DNA of 64,000 bases from an uncultured bacterium (GTDB taxonomy: Bacteria; Armatimonadota; UBA5829). Position numbers and translations under genes: made by a program. The notes beneath the pieces were generated by a model, which was given only the letters and a program-made list of their open reading frames with translations, was not told the origin of the DNA and did not search any database. This document shows, one piece after another, positions 7,941 through 16,722 of this stretch. The DNA lies in contig CALJES010000012.1 of NCBI GenBank assembly GCA_938074205.1, positions 278,840 through 342,839 of the forward strand. The letters are read 5' to 3'. Within the stretch, counting starts at the first letter, position 1; each line of letters starts with the position of its first letter.

Positions 7941-10166
7941 GTGCTAACACAAAACGCACTCACCGTACTGGAAAAGAGGTATCTGAGGAAGGACGAAAAT
8001 GGAAATCTGCTCGAAGACGCCGACGGGATGTTTTGGCGCGTAGCGAATGCTGTGGCGAAGGCGGAAAGGCTTTACGGCGGTTCCGAGAAACACGTTGAGG
8101 GAGTAGCGCGCGAGTTTTATGAGATGATGCGCAGCCTAGAGTTTCTACCAAACAGCCCCACATTGATGAATGCAGGCAGAGAGTTAGGGCAGCTCTCAGC
8201 TTGCTTCGTGCTTCCAATCGAGGATTCGATGGAGAGCATTTTTGAGACAGTGAAGAACACGGCACTGATCCACAAAAGCGGAGGCGGAACGGGCTTTTCT
8301 TTCTCGCGGCTTAGACCGGCGAGAGATGTGGTTAGGAGTACTAACGGCGTGTCTAGCGGTCCCGTCTCGTTTATGGAGGTCTTCAACGCCGCTACGGAAG
8401 CCATAAAGCAGGGGGGCACGCGGCGCGGCGCCAATATGGGGTGTTTGCGAGTTGACCATCCCGACATCTTGGAGTTCATTACCTGCAAGCGCGACACTTC
8501 GCGGCTCACGAACTTCAATATCAGCGTACTACTGACTGAGGATTTCATGAAAGCAGCAATGGAGGGACGCGACTACGACTTGATAAGTCCGCGGACCGGT
8601 CAGCCCGTCAAGAAACTCAACGCGCGCAAAGTTTTCGACATGATAGTCAACATGGCTTGGTCGACCGGTGAGCCAGGCATCATCTTCATTGATCGCGTTA
8701 ACCGAGACAACCCCACTCCGAAACTTGGAGAGATTGAATCGACGAACCCTTGTGGTGAGCAACCGCTGCTTCCTTACGAGTCGTGCAACCTTGGGTCGAT
8801 CAACTTGGCTAGAATGGTTAAGGAAACGGGCGGTACGACAGATATCGACTGGGATCGCCTGCGCCGAACTGTACGGCTCGCAGTGCGTTTCCTGGATGAC
8901 GTGATCGACGTAAATCGGTATCCTCTAGAACGGATTGAGAAAATGACCCTCGGCAACCGCAAGATAGGGCTGGGCGTGATGGGTTTTGCAGACTTGCTTA
9001 TCCAGCTTGGTATACCGTATGATTCGGAAGAGGGCGTCTTGGTTGCAGAGCGCGTTATGAGCTTCATATCGAGCGAAGGCAGGAAAGCCTCAAGTGAGCT
9101 TGCGGCCGAACGCGGTGTGTTTCCGAATTTTGAGGGAAGCATATACGATAAGCCCGATGGAATGCCAGTGCGCAACGCCACTGTAACCACAATCGCGCCC
9201 ACCGGCACACTCTCCATAATAGCTGGCTGTTCGAGCGGTATAGAGCCGCTTTTTGCCGTAACCTACATAAAGCGCGTGATGGATGGCACAGATCTTCTCG
9301 AAGTGAACCCTTATTTCGAAAAAGTAGCTCGCGAGAGGGGATTCTATTCTGAAGGGCTTATGCGCAAAATCGCTGAAAAGGGCAGTGTGCGAGGGATGTC
9401 GGAGGTTCCGGAGGACGTACAAAGGATATTCGCTACGGCACTGGACATTTCTCCAACTTGGCACGTTCGCATGCAGGCCGCGTTCCAAAGATTTACCGAC
9501 AACGCGGTATCAAAAACTGTGAACTTCCCGGAGGATGCTACACCTGAAGATGTGCGGCAGGTGTTTGAACTTGCTTACAAAGAAGGATGCAAAGGGTGCA
9601 CAATATACCGCTATGGAAGTCGTGACTCGCAGGTTCTAAATGTAGCCGGCAAGGATAAAGCGAAGCAGGAGGGGTATGCCGCCGTCAGGGGTCCGAGGCC
9701 ACGTCCTACTCGAACATACGGTGCTACTGAGCGAATTAGTACCGGCTGCGGCACGATGTATGTTACAATCAATGAGGATGATCAGGGCTTGTGTGAAGTG
9801 TTTGTCGCAATGGGCAAGACCGGCGGATGCAACGCGAGCCAGCTGGAAGCTATCGGACGACTCATTTCTCTTGCCCTTCGCGCAGGAGTAGATCCCAATT
9901 CGATTCACAAGCACCTGAGGGGCATTCGCTGTCATTCGCCAGCGTGGGGCAACGGTGGAGCGGTCATGTCCTGCGCTGACGCTATCGGCATTGCCATAGA
10001 GCACTACTTGCAGGAGCGCAGAACCGGCATACCCACGGACGTAATCACTAAGCCTACGGACAAGCTTGATGTTCTGGTCGGGGCGTGTCCAGACTGTGGT
10101 TCAGCAGTAGAGCATGAATCCGGGTGCATTATTTGCAGATGCTGCGGATTCAGTAGGTGTGGTTAA
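7941..10166 (+). CDS. nrdJ: Class II adenosylcobalamin-dependent ribonucleoside-diphosphate reductase (NrdJ).
   Basis: The 741-aa product has the RNR barrel motifs ('NPCGEQPL', 'SCNLGSINL'). The C-terminus carries a Cys cluster '[26 protein letters not shown]'. Confidence 0.9.
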   Translation: MLTQNALTVLEKRYLRKDENGNLLEDADGMFWRVANAVAKAERLYGGSEKHVEGVAREFYEMMRSLEFLPNSPTLMNAGRELGQLSACFVLPIEDSMESIFETVKNTALIHKSGGGTGFSFSRLRPARDVVRSTNGVSSGPVSFMEVFNAATEAIKQGGTRRGANMGCLRVDHPDILEFITCKRDTSRLTNFNISVLLTEDFMKAAMEGRDYDLISPRTGQPVKKLNARKVFDMIVNMAWSTGEPGIIFIDRVNRDNPTPKLGEIESTNPCGEQPLLPYESCNLGSINLARMVKETGGTTDIDWDRLRRTVRLAVRFLDDVIDVNRYPLERIEKMTLGNRKIGLGVMGFADLLIQLGIPYDSEEGVLVAERVMSFISSEGRKASSELAAERGVFPNFEGSIYDKPDGMPVRNATVTTIAPTGTLSIIAGCSSGIEPLFAVTYIKRVMDGTDLLEVNPYFEKVARERGFYSEGLMRKIAEKGSVRGMSEVPEDVQRIFATALDISPTWHVRMQAAFQRFTDNAVSKTVNFPEDATPEDVRQVFELAYKEGCKGCTIYRYGSRDSQVLNVAGKDKAKQEGYAAVRGPRPRPTRTYGATERISTGCGTMYVTINEDDQGLCEVFVAMGKTGGCNASQLEAIGRLISLALRAGVDPNSIHKHLRGIRCHSPAWGNGGAVMSCADAIGIAIEHYLQERRTGIPTDVITKPTDKLDVLVGACPDCGSAVEHESGCIICRCCGFSRCG

Positions 10167-10330
10167 GTCTGGCGAGCTGCTAAGCATGCCAGCGTATTTT
10201 GCAGGAGGCACGTCAAGAGGCAAGGATGCCGGGGGTCGGGGAAGGGATGCCCCGGCCGCCACTGAGCCGGCATCACAGGCATTCGATTTTGCTGGGAGTA
10301 CCAAAACTAAACTAACATGTATGTTCGAAA

Positions 10331-10363
10331 GGCCTAGAGACGCAAGTCTAGGCCTTTTGCTTT
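10331..10363. terminator. Intrinsic terminator between the convergent nrdJ and GH130 genes.
   Basis: The hairpin is GGCCTAGA-gacgcaag-TCTAGGCC, followed by TTTTGCTTT. An A/T run on the other side gives a weaker reverse-strand U-tract. Confidence 0.55.
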
Positions 10364-10370
10364 ACTGCAC

Positions 10371-11432
10371 TTATTTGTGGACGGGCTCTAGGGTTTGCAA
10401 GATTTCGTGCAAGCTAAGATCCGCGCCCGCTATTACTTCGTCTGAGGCCCCGTAGTAGACTGAAACAGTATCGCCCTTAACTATGGCTCCACACGTGAAG
10501 ACGACGTTCGGTTTGAACCCCGATGTTTCGTAGATCGCCTCGGGCTTCATGATGGGTTCCGGCGTTTTGGCGAGAACCCGCTCTGGATACTCTGCGTCCA
10601 AAAGGACGGCTCCGAGGCAATAGTGGTCGTCAGGTGTTGCCGCGTGATAGATTTCGAGCCATCCTTCATCAGTTAGGAATGGGATCGCGCCGCCACCAAT
10701 GCGTCCGCTTTCCCAGCTGTTTGGATCACAAGCCAGTAACAGCTTGTGTTCTCCCCAATGTATAAGATCCTCCGAATAAGCAAGCCACATGTTAGGTGCG
10801 CCTATAAACCTTGGCTGAGGTCGGTGCAAAGCTACGTACTTGCCGCGGACTCGCGAAGGGAAGATCATACCGTCCATATTCTCCGGGCAGAATATAATCC
10901 CGTGTTTCGTCCATTCTATAAAGTCGCGAGTACTTGCAAGACACTGCGTTATTCCGTTCTCTGATACGCCTTTGTAGACGACGTAGTAAGTGTCTTCGAT
11001 TTTTGTAATGCGCGGGTCTTCTAGTCCGAACGTTTCGTAAGGCTGGTCAGGAACAAGAGCCGGCTCAGGGTCGACCGTAAAATGCCTACCGTTTTTGCTG
11101 CGAGCGATCCTTAGATGCGATATGGAAGTAAGATAAACTCGGTCCGGAAAACACACAACGCGAGGGTCGCCCAGATTAATATTGGGGTCACTACGCGAAA
11201 ACTCCAGGACTTCCACTCTCGGCTCGGATGCCGTGCAGTCCAAGACTGGTACCAACACCTTGTTAGAATCGCCAGATACGGGCCGTTCGGCGACACGCAT
11301 CAATAGCAGTATCTCACCATTGTGTTCAATTACGCCTGGATTGAATGTACACATGACTTCCCAGCCGTCCATCCACGGCTTAACGTCTTTCGGTCTTATA
11401 AGCGGATTCTCTGGATAGCGATATATTCTCAA
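10371..11432 (-). CDS. Glycoside hydrolase family 130 (beta-mannoside phosphorylase family).
   Basis: The 353-aa product begins with the N-terminal 'YPENPLIRPKDVKPW' typical of GH130 and has the 5-bladed beta-propeller pattern. Confidence 0.75.
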   Translation of the reverse strand: MRIYRYPENPLIRPKDVKPWMDGWEVMCTFNPGVIEHNGEILLLMRVAERPVSGDSNKVLVPVLDCTASEPRVEVLEFSRSDPNINLGDPRVVCFPDRVYLTSISHLRIARSKNGRHFTVDPEPALVPDQPYETFGLEDPRITKIEDTYYVVYKGVSENGITQCLASTRDFIEWTKHGIIFCPENMDGMIFPSRVRGKYVALHRPQPRFIGAPNMWLAYSEDLIHWGEHKLLLACDPNSWESGRIGGGAIPFLTDEGWLEIYHAATPDDHYCLGAVLLDAEYPERVLAKTPEPIMKPEAIYETSGFKPNVVFTCGAIVKGDTVSVYYGASDEVIAGADLSLHEILQTLEPVHK

Positions 11433-11676
11433 AACGGTGCACCTCCGCTAATCAAACTTCGTACTATTGTTGAGTCGTTCCTGCTCGAACACATAAGAGT
11501 AAACTACTATCGCCGGGGTGTTGTCTAATAACCCGTCTGGTTTCAGTATCCCCTGAAGCGCTTTATGAGGGTTAGCTACCTTACCCAAACTCATGTTGTC
11601 CGTTTGGGCACAGTGACATTGTCTCATTGCAGATACTGTTGGGTAGAACTGCGCTGCAATACCAATTTGCCCCTAT

Positions 11677-11705
11677 TTGACAGTTGTACCGAGTGAAATT
11701 ATCAT
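11677..11705 (+). promoter_or_regulatory. Sigma70-like promoter for the symporter gene (TTGACA-N17-TATCAT).
   Basis: I read ttgaca at 11677-11682 and tatcat at 11700-11705, about 35 nt upstream of the TTG start. Confidence 0.4.
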
Positions 11706-11740
11706 TGAGCGCAGATTTTGTTGGCCGGAGGTTGCAGTAG

Positions 11741-13447
11741 TTGTTCGGCGCTATTGATGCGGTTTTCTTCCTAGCGTACATGGTGATCGTGATGGTCATC
11801 GGTTTTGCAGTAGGACGCAGGGAGAAAGCCACCGTTGCCGACTACTTCCGCGCAGGCAATACTCTGCCATGGTATGCCATAGGCTTCTCAATAATCGCTG
11901 CTGGGATCTCCTCTGAGCAGTTCGTCGGCGAAATGGGCTACGCCTATAAGCTCGGCATGCCGGTTGTCAATTGGGAATGGCTGATATTCCCTTCGCTTTC
12001 GATCCTCTTGTGGATATTCGTGCCCCTTTACGTTCGGAATCGCATTACCACGATGCCTGAGTACCTCGAGAGACGTTTTGGTCCGCGGTGCCGCACCCTT
12101 TATGCCTCGCTTATCGTTGCCAGCTATGTGTTCGCAAACTTTGCGCTGGTATTTTATACTGCAGGATTCGCCATGGAACGGATGTGGGGATTCAACCGCT
12201 TCTTAGCGGTATGGATACTGGCTATTGCAACCGGTGCCTACACGATCTACGGCGGTCTTGCATCAGTTGCTTGGACGGACTTCTTTCAGTGCGCCCTACT
12301 TCTAGGGGGAGGGCTATATGTTTTCTTCGCAGGTATGGCGCGCATAGGATGGGACTTTGCGGCAGTAATCGGCAGTGGCGACCGCGCCCACTTGATAAAT
12401 CACTCCTGTCCCGATGTTCCCTGGACTGCGCTTATCATCTTGGCTCTCTCCACAAATGTGTGGTACTACGCAACCGATCAGTTCATAAATCAGCGGTGTC
12501 TCGGAGCAAAAAGCGAGTGGCATTCGAAGATGGGGGTTCTTCTCGCAGGAGCGCTGCAGCTCGTCCTGCCCCTGGCAACATGTTTTCCAGGGATGATCTA
12601 TGCCGTCATAAACCCGAATCTGAAAATCTCCGACGAGGCGTATCCGCGTATTGTTTCTACTGTCGTCCCTGCCGGTTTACGTGGTTTGGTAGCTGCTGCC
12701 ATACTCGGGGCAATAATGTCGACTATATCAGGGCTCGTTAATTCTACGGCCACTATGGTTACATTGGACATTTTCCGAAGGTGGAAGGGACAGCAGCTAC
12801 CTGAACGCAGACTTATACGCTTCGGAATGTGGGCTGGCGGTATAGCGCTGTTCACAGGCGCGTGTTTTTCAATACTAGTTTCGAAATGGGAGAATATGTT
12901 CCGGTACTGTCAAGACATCTGGGCACCGATGGCAGCTCCGGCAGTTGTGGTATTCCTCTCTGGAGCACTGTGGAAAAGAGCTTCAGAACGAGGCGCAATC
13001 GCATGCCTGTGGATTTCCATTCTAACCGTTCCTCTCACCTTTGCCAAACAAATCCTTGCAGACCGGGGCGTTCATTTTCTACCGTCGCCTCTTGAGAACT
13101 CGATGGTATTTGCCGGACTCGTATTCGTTGCTTCAAGCGCGGTGATGGTTGCTTTGTCCCTGATTCGGTCACGTGTCTTGGGCGCCTTAGCTTCTGTGGT
13201 TGCCTGCATGCCACTAACGTGGATAGCGGTACTAAGCACAGCTGCTATAGCCCTTACGGTGCTGGCCGAGGTACTATTGGCAATATTTTGGTTCGGATGG
13301 ACAGCTCGGCAAAAACGAGAGAATATGTGGGACCGCTCGATGTTGGCGCTGCCCCCAGGTGAAATGGAGCGTTGGTACTCGAGCCTCTGGGTGTGGTGGG
13401 CCGTCATAGGATGCTGCTTCGCCGTAATATATTGGCGGTTCTGGTAG
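11741..13447 (+). CDS. Sodium:solute symporter (SSF/SGLT family).
   Basis: The 568-aa product has 13-14 TM helices and the SSF N-terminal pattern 'DYFRAGNTLPWYAIGFSIIAAGISSEQFVG'. It starts at a TTG codon. Confidence 0.8.
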   Translation: MFGAIDAVFFLAYMVIVMVIGFAVGRREKATVADYFRAGNTLPWYAIGFSIIAAGISSEQFVGEMGYAYKLGMPVVNWEWLIFPSLSILLWIFVPLYVRNRITTMPEYLERRFGPRCRTLYASLIVASYVFANFALVFYTAGFAMERMWGFNRFLAVWILAIATGAYTIYGGLASVAWTDFFQCALLLGGGLYVFFAGMARIGWDFAAVIGSGDRAHLINHSCPDVPWTALIILALSTNVWYYATDQFINQRCLGAKSEWHSKMGVLLAGALQLVLPLATCFPGMIYAVINPNLKISDEAYPRIVSTVVPAGLRGLVAAAILGAIMSTISGLVNSTATMVTLDIFRRWKGQQLPERRLIRFGMWAGGIALFTGACFSILVSKWENMFRYCQDIWAPMAAPAVVVFLSGALWKRASERGAIACLWISILTVPLTFAKQILADRGVHFLPSPLENSMVFAGLVFVASSAVMVALSLIRSRVLGALASVVACMPLTWIAVLSTAAIALTVLAEVLLAIFWFGWTARQKRENMWDRSMLALPPGEMERWYSSLWVWWAVIGCCFAVIYWRFW

Positions 13448-13472
13448 GCATTTACTAAAGAGATACGAAAAC

Positions 13473-15371
13473 CTACTTCCTAATTATTTCGACCAATGTG
13501 ACGCAGTTGTTCGGCATATCGAAGATAAACGTTGCGGAGCCATCATCGAGCGTTGGAGTTGCAGGAATCCACTCCAGCGCACATCGGGATTCGTCGTTCC
13601 AGAGATTTGAGTGCGTTGCGTCAACTACATAGCGCTTGCACGTTAGTTCGTTTTCTTTTACACCCGTCAGCCCTCGAACAACAAGCCTAACCTTTCTGGG
13701 TGTTCCAAACCGTTCACCGAAGTTAATTATCAGCACTGTCACGCGTCTGGAGGCAGGGTCCGTAGATGCTACCGACGCTATTTGATCGTCTTCGCCTTTG
13801 CACTGGATCTTTTCAGAGGCCATTATTACATTGAACATCCGACAAACATTGGCAACCGGCTTGGGTTTATTGTTTGCAGTGAACATTCCCCAGTCCCCAC
13901 ATGGAGGCCAGCAGCCGTCTCGGGCATAGAACCAGCAGGGCTTTTCCACACCGGCGGCCATCCACCCTCTGAGCATCGACGCGGCGGCCCATGCGGCGCC
14001 CACCTCGTTGTCGTGAGCTCTGTCGTGCCACCAGGCATAACTCCACTCCGTAATTGCAAACTCTTTGACCTGAGCTTTGACCTTGGGGTACTCGTTCAAA
14101 TATTCCCGTATCTGTTCTGCTTCTTTTTTCATTATCCAGTGAGGTTGGAAGTATTCGTGCCACGTAATGAAGTCGAGCGGTGCGCCGGTTTTCTCGCAGT
14201 GTTCCATCAAACCGCGCATGAACTTCTCGCCGTTTACGCCCGGACCCCTGGGATCATTTTCGTTCCAGGGTCCTGAGGCAATCGCAGGTCCCCCAATCCA
14301 AGCGTCGGGATCTGCTCTCCGGACAGCCTTCCAGCAAGTGTCGTAGAGTGTCAGGTACGTTTTCAAGTGATCCCATCCGGGAGGGTCACGCATCCACCCC
14401 GTGTTGATCTCGTTCCAGACCTCCCAGTATTTTACCCGCGTGCCCCGTTCCATGGCATGCTTGGCTGCCTGATATACGAGCTCTCCGAACTCGTCCCAGT
14501 CTCGGGGATAGGAGTGTCTTTCGGGGTCCGGGACAGCGTCGAAAGGCTCGGGCATGTAGGAAATACAGAAGATGAGCTCGCAGCCGATCTTTTTCATAAA
14601 GTCAAGGCGGCGGTCGAGATCAGTCCAGTCGTAGCGAAGCGTGCCGTCTTCGTTCTTTTTCACCGCGTTCGTCAGCAGATTGTCCATGCGGAACCATTTT
14701 ATTCCCAGATCGCGAAAAAGTGCTGCGAAGTCGTCACTGTAATCTCCCAATCCACCGCCTTGGGATAAACCCGCAAAGGGGCGAGGCAGTTTCCCAAGTT
14801 GAACCGAAGCGTCCACCGATACTTCTAATGGTTCCTTAATGAGCTTCCTGTCTATGATTGCCAGGTCGCACTCGCTAAGCTCTGCCTCGTGCTCAGCGTC
14901 GTCGGCTCCCATGAATACTCTAACCGCCACGGGTACCACCAGCCCTGGTTGCGCGTTCTCCGTGAGGACTATAAACGCTGGGTGGTCATTGTCGTAGCGC
15001 ACGCATATCTTTCCGTCGACGAAGCACTCACCTCCGTCGCCGGCATTCCATCTGATGCCGATGGCTTCGCCCGCCGTTGGTCTATCATCAATCTTTTCGG
15101 GGATTGAAATCCTACCGCGGAACCAAGCAAATTTGCTTGACTTCCACTTGTGTCGAAATCTTGCTTCCTGCCATAAAGAGTCGTCGAAGTCCGGGCGTGC
15201 GAACTCAAGACTGTCTTGAGTTGTGAAACGCCAAACGATCGAGCGGCCTGGGTTTAGTTCTTCCGAGAAGCAAGACACACTGGCAGCTAGCAGAAGAGTA
15301 ACGCCGACCTTCGCCAAAAAATTCATTTCTGATCCTCGCGTTGCTTGGTGGCCGCTAGTTGTGCAGCGCAT
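13473..15371 (-). CDS. Secreted clan GH-A glycoside hydrolase (GH5/GH39-like) with an N-terminal beta-sandwich domain.
   Basis: A signal peptide is present. The acid/base motif is 'YWEVWNEIN' and the candidate nucleophile region is 'FAITEW'. Confidence 0.55.
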   Translation of the reverse strand: MRCTTSGHQATRGSEMNFLAKVGVTLLLAASVSCFSEELNPGRSIVWRFTTQDSLEFARPDFDDSLWQEARFRHKWKSSKFAWFRGRISIPEKIDDRPTAGEAIGIRWNAGDGGECFVDGKICVRYDNDHPAFIVLTENAQPGLVVPVAVRVFMGADDAEHEAELSECDLAIIDRKLIKEPLEVSVDASVQLGKLPRPFAGLSQGGGLGDYSDDFAALFRDLGIKWFRMDNLLTNAVKKNEDGTLRYDWTDLDRRLDFMKKIGCELIFCISYMPEPFDAVPDPERHSYPRDWDEFGELVYQAAKHAMERGTRVKYWEVWNEINTGWMRDPPGWDHLKTYLTLYDTCWKAVRRADPDAWIGGPAIASGPWNENDPRGPGVNGEKFMRGLMEHCEKTGAPLDFITWHEYFQPHWIMKKEAEQIREYLNEYPKVKAQVKEFAITEWSYAWWHDRAHDNEVGAAWAAASMLRGWMAAGVEKPCWFYARDGCWPPCGDWGMFTANNKPKPVANVCRMFNVIMASEKIQCKGEDDQIASVASTDPASRRVTVLIINFGERFGTPRKVRLVVRGLTGVKENELTCKRYVVDATHSNLWNDESRCALEWIPATPTLDDGSATFIFDMPNNCVTLVEIIRK

Positions 15372-15492
15372 CGAAATTTAACTGTGCGAACCCTATAGGC
15401 GATCGCGCTCTCCTTTTGTTGCAACAGCCTTCGGTCGGAACGCATTGAACATTGCCAAACTCATATGTGATGTGATTGGTAAGAAGCGCTAG

Positions 15493-16383
15493 CTAGCTCG
15501 GCTTTTTGATCTCAGCAAGTATCTCCCTAAGGTAATCAGCGTCGTCTCGGAGTATAGCTTTTTGCTTTTCCAGATCGTAGCGCCCCAAGGATTCATTTTC
15601 GATGCACAGATCGCCTTGATATCCTGCGTCGGCGAGTGTCCTAACCACCCACTTCATGTCGATATCGCCTTCGCGCAGGGACGACGCATAAGTCTCGTAT
15701 TCCCAGCCTAACTCACGCTGAATCTCGCGCTTTTCCGGGGGGAAGTTGATGTTTTTTATGTGCGTGTGTTTTACTCGCGGCGCGAAGTACTTGATTATTT
15801 GATGTACTTTGGAGAGCGGATGGCCGAACCAGTAGAAATTGGCGGTGTCTATCGTCACACCCACGCGAGGAGAGTTGACCTTGTTCAACACCTTGTCGAG
15901 GAAGTCCGGATCATTGCCGAGCACGCCGTGATTCTCGATTCCCATGTGAACGTCCAGACTGCTGGTTGCATCAAGGACGCGTGCCATGCACTCTGCAAAG
16001 TACTGCGTGCGCTTGTCGAGGTCCCAATCTCTGGTATCGTGCATAATGGCGTCTATCCTGACGGCTTTTATTCCCAGCTTACCGGCAGTCCTGACAGCTG
16101 AGATTACATAATCTATCTCGGACTCGATGTCCTCCGCACCGAAGTTATTTGATAGCAGAAACGCGCTTGGCTTGATATTTAGGCCTCTGCACTTGTAGGC
16201 GAATGCTTCCACAGCGGCTTCGGTTGCGAGCGATTCTACACCTGTGCTGTCGAGTGAGTGCACAGTTTTATCTTTGTTATAGACCAGTTCGACGGTTTCC
16301 AGAGCCATGGCGTCGAGTCCGGCTTTGATAGAGCCGAACAGCCCGGGCAGATGACAATCCCTCACTGATATGTACATTAGCAC
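15493..16383 (-). CDS. Sugar phosphate isomerase/epimerase (xylose-isomerase-like TIM barrel).
   Basis: The 296-aa product has metal-binding His/Glu/Asp spacing typical of the AP-endonuclease-2/xylose-isomerase-like fold ('GIENHG', 'VTIDTANF'). Confidence 0.6.
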   Translation of the reverse strand: MLMYISVRDCHLPGLFGSIKAGLDAMALETVELVYNKDKTVHSLDSTGVESLATEAAVEAFAYKCRGLNIKPSAFLLSNNFGAEDIESEIDYVISAVRTAGKLGIKAVRIDAIMHDTRDWDLDKRTQYFAECMARVLDATSSLDVHMGIENHGVLGNDPDFLDKVLNKVNSPRVGVTIDTANFYWFGHPLSKVHQIIKYFAPRVKHTHIKNINFPPEKREIQRELGWEYETYASSLREGDIDMKWVVRTLADAGYQGDLCIENESLGRYDLEKQKAILRDDADYLREILAEIKKPS

Positions 16384-16722
16384 ACTCCTAAGAGTTTTAT
16401 TATGTGTTCGGCCGCCTTGACAGACGTGCTTGAGTCATCGACCTGTTCCCACTTACACAAAAATCATTGCTGAACCTTCAGAACACCAAGAAAACTTGCA
16501 CCCAGCGAATGGCCGAGCAAACGCGTCTTTGAGCCTTTCATTGGTAGGGCGATAAAGGTAACCATAACGTTCCAAGCCGCAGCCAGTCCCACTGCTGCAC
16601 CTAGTCCGGACCAACGTTTGAACTCGACAACCACCAGTTCTTGAGCATCATGCACCCGGATTGCTAGGGATTGCGGTTGTTGCAGTTCAGTGCTAGACTC
16701 ATAGCTACAAAGAACGAGGGCT

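Noticed and set aside
10230-10290. 'GGGAAgggatgccccggccGCCACTGagccgg' downstream of nrdJ resembles cobalamin-riboswitch B12-box elements (GGGAA ... GCCACUG).
   Set aside because: The elements are only about 20 nt apart, not the roughly 100 nt of a real aptamer. The site lies 3' of nrdJ before a terminator and a convergent gene, so it cannot regulate anything. It is more likely a GC hairpin (GCCGGGG...CCCCGGC) in the 3'UTR.
12088-12741. A 217-aa ORF in an alternative frame inside the SSF symporter gene.
   Set aside because: It is Cys/Arg-rich low-complexity translation that fully overlaps a well-supported transporter CDS. It is a typical spurious ORF.
15455-15480. 'CATATGTGATGTGATTGG' resembles the nrdR-promoter palindrome region.
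   Set aside because: It is not itself palindromic and has no convincing -35/-10 context. The similarity may be chance, so I kept it only as a note inside the promoter finding.
16464-16655. A 63-aa minus-strand ORF with hydrophobic segments in the isomerase-GH51 intergenic region.
   Set aside because: It has no RBS or promoter context, is short, and lies within the likely divergent promoter region. I treated it as non-coding.
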